This document shows, piece by piece, positions 57,914-64,000 of a stretch of DNA of 64,000 nt (its first letter is position 1; every line of letters starts with the position of its first letter). A program made the translations under genes and the position numbers. The notes beneath the pieces were generated by a model that did no database searches, had not been told where the DNA came from, and saw nothing but the letters and a program-made list of their open reading frames with translations. Source of the stretch: Candidatus Aenigmatarchaeota archaeon. Its GTDB lineage: Archaea; Aenigmatarchaeota; Aenigmatarchaeia; QMZP01; QMZT01. Location of the stretch: assembly GCA_043808015.1 (NCBI GenBank), contig JAZDFI010000029.1:1-64000 (forward strand), in the 5' to 3' direction.

Positions 57914-59326
57914 TTAGCCTTTGCAGACGCCGATCGGCAGCGCCTTTGCGACCTTGAGTGAGATGCCCATTCCATGGACGGATTCTATCACGTCGTCTAC
58001 GTTCTTGTAAGCGCCTGGCGCCTCTTCTGCGAGGACTTCTGGGTGCGTTGACTGGGCAACGATGCCCTTCTTCGCGAGGTCGTCCTTGACATTGCCTCCC
58101 CAGAACTTCTTTATCGCGTCGTTCCTTGACATCGCCCTGCCGGCGCCGTGCACGGTCGAGCCGAACGTCTTTTCCAGCGACGCTTCAGCGCCTTTGAGTA
58201 TGTAACTCGACGTTCCCATCGTGCCCGCGATGAGCACCGGATCGCCCGGGAAGCTGCGCGTCGACCCCTTCCGATGGACGTACACTTTTCGCTTCTTGCC
58301 GTCTATTTTGTGTTCCTCCACCTTCACTACGTTATGGCAGAGGCCGTAAAGCGTGTGCATGCCCATCGCTTCCCACTCGCGATTGAATACCTTCTCGAAC
58401 GTTTCGCGTATCCACTGGGTCATTACCAGACGATTGGTGAAAGAATAGTTCACGGCACATTTCATAGCGGAAAAATAATCCAACGCTTCCGGCGTCTTCG
58501 CCGGCGCGCACGCGAGCTGCCTGTCAGGGAGCCATATTTTGTATTTGTCGACCGCCTTCTCCTGTATTTTCAGGTAATCGGTCGCAACCTGATGGCCGAG
58601 CCCGCGCGAGCCGCAGTGCAGCATTATGAGGACCTGATCCGGACTCTCGATTCCCCATTTGCTGGCGACCGGCGCATCGTAAATTTCCGAGACCTTCTGT
58701 ATTTCCAGAAAATGGTTCCCGGCACCGAGCGTTCCCAGCTGTTCGAGGCCGCGTTTCTTGGCAAGGTCTGAAACCTTTTTCGGGTCGCCGCCTTCCATGC
58801 ATCCCTTTTCTTCCATGTGTTCCCTGTCGCTGGCGACGCCGTAGCCATTTTCGATAGCCCAGTTAACGCCGTGCGTGAGGACCTGCGCGAGCTGATCCTG
58901 CGTCAGCTTCAGCCTTCCATGAGCTCCGACGCCGCATGGTATGGTCTTGAAAAGGGCTGATATGAGTTCGTTGAGCTTCGGCTTCACTTCATCATAAGTG
59001 AGGCTGGTGCGTATGGAATTAACTCCGCAGTTTATGTCGAAGCCGCACAGGCCTGAAGAAATTATACCATCGTCAAAATCGAATGCAGACACCGCGCCCA
59101 TGGGAAGACCGTAGCCCCAGTGCATGTCCGGGAGGCCGATAACTGGTTCTATCACACCCGGCAGGCAGGCGACATTGGTGAGCTGTTCGATGGCAGCGTC
59201 TTCGATACCATTTATGATCTGGCTGTTGCCCACGATTTTTGCCTTCACGTTCATCTTGGGCCTGACGTTTTTTTCGAGTTCCCACTCGTAATCTGAAACC
59301 TGTTTCAGCTTGCTTTTCATCGTCAT
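57914..59326 (-). CDS. rtcB: tRNA-splicing ligase RtcB
   Basis: PDMHWGYG, DINCG, GNHFLE, HRKG, HGAGR, EEAPGAYK. Confidence 0.96.
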   Translation of the reverse strand: MTMKSKLKQVSDYEWELEKNVRPKMNVKAKIVGNSQIINGIEDAAIEQLTNVACLPGVIEPVIGLPDMHWGYGLPMGAVSAFDFDDGIISSGLCGFDINCGVNSIRTSLTYDEVKPKLNELISALFKTIPCGVGAHGRLKLTQDQLAQVLTHGVNWAIENGYGVASDREHMEEKGCMEGGDPKKVSDLAKKRGLEQLGTLGAGNHFLEIQKVSEIYDAPVASKWGIESPDQVLIMLHCGSRGLGHQVATDYLKIQEKAVDKYKIWLPDRQLACAPAKTPEALDYFSAMKCAVNYSFTNRLVMTQWIRETFEKVFNREWEAMGMHTLYGLCHNVVKVEEHKIDGKKRKVYVHRKGSTRSFPGDPVLIAGTMGTSSYILKGAEASLEKTFGSTVHGAGRAMSRNDAIKKFWGGNVKDDLAKKGIVAQSTHPEVLAEEAPGAYKNVDDVIESVHGMGISLKVAKALPIGVCKG

Positions 59327-59428
59327 GCGCTCCCTCCAGAACTATGATGTGTTATTAATATTTAAAATAGTTTTTCTTATATAGGGTCATCAATTAATAT
59401 ATTAATGATGTTGAAGGTAGGTGGATAA

Positions 59429-59683
59429 ATGAGCAGTAAACAATTTTACAAAAGAGGATGGCATCACAATAAAGGCAGGGGAAGGGAAACGTCTGTCACA
59501 TGCGGTTTCTGCGGAAGGATTGTCCCTAAATACAAAACCTTTGCAGTTTACAGAGGATTTTCCATCACTGATCCTGCACTGAGACAGGAACTCGGCGGGA
59601 GAGGCGGTTCTTTGTTTTCTACCAAATTGTATGCGTGCCCTGGCTGTGCAAGGCACAGACAAATCGTAAAGAAAAAAAGATGA
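59429..59683 (+). CDS. rps26e: 30S ribosomal protein S26e
   Basis: KGRGR..V.CGFCGR.VPK.K...Y.CPGCA.H..IV matches the eS26 zinc-binding pattern. Confidence 0.82.
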   Translation: MSSKQFYKRGWHHNKGRGRETSVTCGFCGRIVPKYKTFAVYRGFSITDPALRQELGGRGGSLFSTKLYACPGCARHRQIVKKKR

Positions 59684-59693
59684 TGGTGCATTG

Positions 59694-61379
59694 ATGGGCC
59701 TGAGGGGATTGCTCAGAGATAAATTAGAAAAGAGGAAAAACGCAGATGAAAATGTATATCCCAAGATTGAAATAAAGGAGCCCAAGAATCTGATAATATT
59801 TCCATCGCTGAAAAAAGCGACGGAAATCGACATACAATACCCGCTTCTGGAGCCGTTCGTATATGCCCACGTGAGATGGGATCAAAAAAAGAAAGGCCTT
59901 TTTTATGAAATAATAGAGCCTTCCCTTTCGAATACGGAGAAGGAAATCCTGGAAACCATTAAGAAAGACCTTCTGGAAATAATTGACGTCGAGTTATCGG
60001 CCATAAAGGCGGAGGGAAAGGTTTTCGAATACATACAGGAAAAACTGCAGAAAATACTCGAAGACGAGAATATGAAACTGCCTACGGAGGCATACATAAA
60101 GATAACTTACTTCATCTACCGCGATTTCGTGGGCTATAATGAAATCGAGGGGCTGCTTCATGACCCTTACATTGAAGATATAGGGTGCCCGGGCCTCAGT
60201 ATGCCTGTCTTCGTGGTCCACAGGAAATTCGGCTCCATCGAGACGAACATCACGTTCGAAGACAGCGGCTACCTTAACAATTTTGTCATAAAGCTCGCCG
60301 AGCGCAGCGGTAGATATATATCATACGCGAAACCTCTGCTCGACGGCTCGCTTCCCGATGGCTCGAGGGTCCAGGCAACGCTCGCGAAAGACGTCACGAC
60401 CAAAGGTCCGACATTCTCTATAAGGAAGTTCAGGGTCGAGCCATTCACCCCGATAGACGTCATAAACTTCAACACGGCGTCCAGCGAAATCATGGCTTAT
60501 TTGTGGTTAATGGTGGAATCGCGCGCCTCGGCCCTCGTATGCGGCGGCGTGTCGACTGGAAAGACCACGTTCCTGAACGTTATGAGCATGTTCATCCCGC
60601 CCGAAGACAAGATCGTTTCGATAGAGGATACGCGAGAATTGAACCTGCAGCACCAGAACTGGATACCGAGCGTTTCAAGGATCGGTTTCGGCGTGCCTGA
60701 AATAGGCGGCAGACGCTATGGCGAGGTTACGCTTTTCGAACTGCTCAAGGAATCTTTCAGGCAAAATCCGGATTATGTGATAGTCGGAGAGGTGAGGGGT
60801 AAAGAGGCATACGTCATGTTCCAGGGTATGGCAAGCGGCCACGCATCTTTGGGGACGATTCACGCAGGCTCAGTAGATGACGTGATAAAGCGCCTCGAAA
60901 TGCCGCCAATCGAGCTATCGCCGACGCTGATAGAGACGCTGGACATGGTCTTGGTCATGATACACGCGAAGGAAAAGGGTAAATCCGCCAGACGATTGAA
61001 AGAAATAGACGAGATAGAGTCAATAGATCCGAAAACCGGAACGCCCCACACTGTAAAGGCGTTTGCGTGGAGCCCGTCATCCGATACTTATTCCTCAAAT
61101 CTTGAGGAATCATACTTGCTTAAGAAAACTGCTTTCGAGAAGGGAATATCATACGACGACATGGTAAAGGAACTCAAGAAACGCCAGAAGATACTCGACT
61201 GGATGAGAAAATTCGGCGTGACGAATTTCGATGATGTTTCAAAGCTGATAAACCTGTATTACAAAGAACCGGGCATAATAACAGACTGGGTGGAAAAGGA
61301 TGTGCCGCCGTTCAAAACGAAAATGAAAGAGGTAAAAAAGGTGCTTGAATCGTACACCGGCCTCAAAGTAATCGAATAA
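59694..61379 (+). CDS. Second type IV pilus/secretion ATPase (FlaI-like)
   Basis: GGVSTGKTT, SIEDTRE, RQNPDYVIVGEVRG, SGH...TIHA. Confidence 0.94.
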   Translation: MGLRGLLRDKLEKRKNADENVYPKIEIKEPKNLIIFPSLKKATEIDIQYPLLEPFVYAHVRWDQKKKGLFYEIIEPSLSNTEKEILETIKKDLLEIIDVELSAIKAEGKVFEYIQEKLQKILEDENMKLPTEAYIKITYFIYRDFVGYNEIEGLLHDPYIEDIGCPGLSMPVFVVHRKFGSIETNITFEDSGYLNNFVIKLAERSGRYISYAKPLLDGSLPDGSRVQATLAKDVTTKGPTFSIRKFRVEPFTPIDVINFNTASSEIMAYLWLMVESRASALVCGGVSTGKTTFLNVMSMFIPPEDKIVSIEDTRELNLQHQNWIPSVSRIGFGVPEIGGRRYGEVTLFELLKESFRQNPDYVIVGEVRGKEAYVMFQGMASGHASLGTIHAGSVDDVIKRLEMPPIELSPTLIETLDMVLVMIHAKEKGKSARRLKEIDEIESIDPKTGTPHTVKAFAWSPSSDTYSSNLEESYLLKKTAFEKGISYDDMVKELKKRQKILDWMRKFGVTNFDDVSKLINLYYKEPGIITDWVEKDVPPFKTKMKEVKKVLESYTGLKVIE

Positions 61380-61391
61380 ATGTTTAAACAT
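61380..61391. promoter_or_regulatory. Palindrome ATGTTTAAACAT upstream of rpa-radA
   Basis: Identical to the 12-mer at 53076 and 53088. Confidence 0.45.
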
Positions 61392-61433
61392 AATCTTTTA
61401 TAATTTATTCTCAATCTTTATGCAGGGTTTGAT

Positions 61434-62462
61434 ATGTTCTCGCTCAAAGAGATGGTAAAGGAAATTTCGCTCTCTTCCGGTCTCAGCGAAGGTGATGTGG
61501 AACTGAGAATAGAAGATAAACAGCTGGAGCTTTCCGGCCTTGTATCGCCTGAGGGGGCTGCATACATAGTCGGAAAGGAGTTGGGCGTCAGCCTGTTAAA
61601 AGAGTCACCGAAGAGGGGGCTTAAGATAAAAAACGTTGTCCCTGGCATGAGATCGGTCGACGTTGTCGGGCGTATAATACGAATTTCTCCCAGAAAGGAT
61701 TTCCAGAGGGACGGACGCCTTAAAGGCGTTATAAACGTCACCCTGGGCGATGAAACCGGCGTTCTCAGGCTTTCATTATGGGACAGCGAAACAGAAATTG
61801 TCGAAAAAGCCGACATGAAGGAAAATGATGTAATGAGCATAATGAATGCCTACGTTAAGGAAAACAACCGCGGCGATATCGAGCTCCGCCTCGGCAGGAG
61901 CGGCAGGATAAACAAGTCCGACGAAAAAATACCCGAGATTAACGAGATAAGGAAGGACGTCGAGTCCGTGAATGCTAAGAGCATTGCCGACCTCAGAGAG
62001 GATGAGTTTAGCGAAATAAAAGCCTCGCTTATACAAGTGTTCAAAAGAAATCCATTCTACAGCGTCTGCCCGTTATGCGACTCGCGGCTGGAGAAGGATG
62101 GTAATGATTCAAAATGCAAGGATCACGGCAAGGTCGAACCTAAATACAATCTCGTGATTTCAGGCGTCGTTGACGATGGCACGGGAAACGTGCGCGTCGT
62201 GTTCTTCAGGGACATGGCCGAGAAGATTTGCGGTAAAAACGCTGACGAACTCAGAAAAATCGCATTAAGCCAGGACCCGTCATCTTTATGTGAAGACGTG
62301 AAGCTGGGCCGTGAATTTGTGATAAGAGGCCGCGTGAAGAAAAATGAATACGCCGACAAGATTGAACTTGTCGCCAGCAGCGTCGAAGACGTCAATCCCA
62401 GGAGAGAATCCGAGAAACTGGTGCAAAAAATAGAGACGTTGAATATTAAAAATACGAAATGA
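61434..62462 (+). CDS. rpa: Replication protein A (OB folds + Zn finger)
   Basis: LGDETGVLRLSLW, CPLC...CKDH, DDGTGNVRVVFF. Confidence 0.9.
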   Translation: MFSLKEMVKEISLSSGLSEGDVELRIEDKQLELSGLVSPEGAAYIVGKELGVSLLKESPKRGLKIKNVVPGMRSVDVVGRIIRISPRKDFQRDGRLKGVINVTLGDETGVLRLSLWDSETEIVEKADMKENDVMSIMNAYVKENNRGDIELRLGRSGRINKSDEKIPEINEIRKDVESVNAKSIADLREDEFSEIKASLIQVFKRNPFYSVCPLCDSRLEKDGNDSKCKDHGKVEPKYNLVISGVVDDGTGNVRVVFFRDMAEKICGKNADELRKIALSQDPSSLCEDVKLGREFVIRGRVKKNEYADKIELVASSVEDVNPRRESEKLVQKIETLNIKNTK

Positions 62463-62489
62463 ATATTTAAGCCCTAGTGAGGTGTTGGT

Positions 62490-63473
62490 ATGGCAAAAGA
62501 AGTTGAAGTGAACAAAGAGAATAAGGATATTGAAAATCTTCCAGGAGTTGGGGAGAAAACCCTTGAAAAATTCATAGAAGCTGGTTATGATAATCTCATG
62601 GCTATAGCCGCAGCTTCTGCCAGCGAGCTTGTAGCTTCAACGGGCATAGGCGTCGAAACCGCCAATAAAATAATCGCTGGTGCGAGGCAGAAACTCAAGA
62701 TGGGTTTCGAGACGGCAAAGGAAGTCCTTGTCAAGAGGGAAAACATTGGAAAGATAACAACATGCGCGAAAGAACTCGACAAGCTTCTTGGCGGCGGCGT
62801 GGAAACGCAGGCCATCACTGAGATGCACGGCGCTTATGGCTCCGGCAAATCGCAGCTTGCACACCAGCTTTCCGTTTCTGTGCAGTTGCCGAGGGATAAA
62901 GGCGGCTTAGACGGGAAAGTGATTTTCATCGACACCGAGCAGACGTTCAGGCCTGAAAGGATAATACAGATGGCTGAAGGCCTTGATCTGGATTCTGATA
63001 AAATTCTCGAGAACATATTCTTTGCCAGGGCTTACAACTCTGACCATCAGGTGCTTTTGATAGAAAAGGCCGAGGAAATCATAAAGAAGGAAAACGTCAA
63101 GCTTATAGTAGTCGACTCGCTTACATCGGCATTCAGGTCGGATTACACTGGCCGAGGCACGCTTGCTGACCGCCAGCAAAAGCTTAACAGGCATATGCAC
63201 AAGCTTCAAAGGCTCGCCGACGTCTACAATCTGGCCGTTTACGTGACCAACCAGGTCATGTCAAGGCCCGACGTCATGTTTGGTGACCCGACCGCTCCAA
63301 TCGGCGGGCACATTGTAGGCCACCAGGCGACATATCGCGTCTATCTGAGAAAGTCAAAAGAAGACAAGAGGATAGCCAAGCTTATAGACTCTCCTAACCT
63401 ACCAGAAGGCGAGACTATCTTCAGGGTTCTGCTCGAGGGCGTGAGGGACGCAGAAGAGGGCTCTAAAAAGTGA
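62490..63473 (+). CDS. radA: DNA repair and recombination protein RadA
   Basis: LPGVG Hh[31 protein letters not shown]. Confidence 0.97.
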   Translation: MAKEVEVNKENKDIENLPGVGEKTLEKFIEAGYDNLMAIAAASASELVASTGIGVETANKIIAGARQKLKMGFETAKEVLVKRENIGKITTCAKELDKLLGGGVETQAITEMHGAYGSGKSQLAHQLSVSVQLPRDKGGLDGKVIFIDTEQTFRPERIIQMAEGLDLDSDKILENIFFARAYNSDHQVLLIEKAEEIIKKENVKLIVVDSLTSAFRSDYTGRGTLADRQQKLNRHMHKLQRLADVYNLAVYVTNQVMSRPDVMFGDPTAPIGGHIVGHQATYRVYLRKSKEDKRIAKLIDSPNLPEGETIFRVLLEGVRDAEEGSKK

Positions 63474-63765
63474 GACTTCTAAGCTTCAAAAACCTCAACA
63501 CGTGCTCTCTTGTCATGTTTTTGTTTTTCAGGCGCACGAATTTTATTTTCAGCCCCACATCGTCGAAGCCTTCAGGAACGGTAATTTCGACATAGGGCGA
63601 CATATAGAGGTCCAAAGTCCGGGAAACCGTCCATTTGTGGAGACCAGTCGCCTTCGCTATTTTTGATACCGTAAGCAACTGCCCGTTCTCCGCGGTCTCT
63701 TTCAGCAGACTGAAGATCCGTATAACGTTTTTTACGGTATTCTTGTAGAATTCCCTTTCAGCCAT
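63463..63765 (-). CDS. Small HTH protein
   Basis: [21 protein letters not shown] helix-turn-helix. Confidence 0.7.
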   Translation of the reverse strand: MAEREFYKNTVKNVIRIFSLLKETAENGQLLTVSKIAKATGLHKWTVSRTLDLYMSPYVEITVPEGFDDVGLKIKFVRLKNKNMTREHVLRFLKLRSLTF

Positions 63766-63837
63766 GATAATATATTTGACCGGGTCAAATTTAAGCCTAT
63801 GGCTAATGTAAAAAATGAAAATAAGAGAGAAAGGTAT

Positions 63838-64000
63838 TTAGATTATATCTTTCTCTGAAACGATTACGAAATCGCCTACAGACTTGACCGCCGAGAAAGG
63901 CACAAGAGTTCTGCCCTTGTCGTCTTCCTGGAGATTAAGTTCGCCTGCATGCTTTGTGGGCTGAACCAGAACCAGATTTATTAACTCCCCAGATTCAACG
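63838..64000 (-). CDS. PRC-barrel protein, C-terminal part (CdpB-like; runs off window)
   Basis: Minus-strand translation VESGELINLVL...LVPFSAVKSVGDFVIVSEKDII*; not in the ORF track. Confidence 0.75.
   Translation of the reverse strand, partial: VESGELINLVLVQPTKHAGELNLQEDDKGRTLVPFSAVKSVGDFVIVSEKDII

Noticed and set aside
57914-63473. Inteins in RtcB or RadA
   Set aside because: Both have normal lengths and contiguous motifs.
1-64000. CRISPR arrays, IS elements, diversity-generating retroelements, rRNA
   Set aside because: No spaced direct-repeat arrays, transposase, reverse transcriptase or rRNA-like stretches noticed by eye; nearly all sequence is accounted for by genes.

Overview
Gene-dense archaeal chromosome segment. 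Markers include eL15, eL21, eS17, eS26, Rpo4, RadA, RPA, archaeal SRP RNA and a tRNA with a bulge-helix-bulge (BHB) intron. Gene content and several conserved hypothetical families suggest a DPANN archaeon, possibly Aenigmarchaeota-like (inference only). Most of the window is housekeeping: ArgRS, GlyRS, PheRS, DNA ligase, ABCE1, Pus10, RtcB/archease and PPDK. It also holds a partial Mbh-type hydrogenase/antiporter operon (D-K only) and a dispersed type IV pilus kit (2 ATPases, 2 TadC/FlaJ proteins, 2 pilins, 2 large pilin-signal proteins, one a vWA adhesin). The most striking locus is a three-gene minus-strand operon at 12419-15919. It encodes a Snf7/ESCRT-III-like helical protein, a MIT-domain Vps4-like AAA ATPase and a cytoplasmic TPR/SNAP + Ig-like + adaptin-appendage-like protein, so it is a candidate non-Asgard ESCRT/coat-like membrane-remodelling system. 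Also notable are an uncharacterised five-gene module (24743-29599), a tRNA-Arg(CCT) with a T-loop intron, and a 12-bp palindrome shared by the rpa-radA and lamin-tail-domain gene promoters. No CRISPR array, transposase or integrase was seen. All calls come from motif recognition by eye; no database searches were run.
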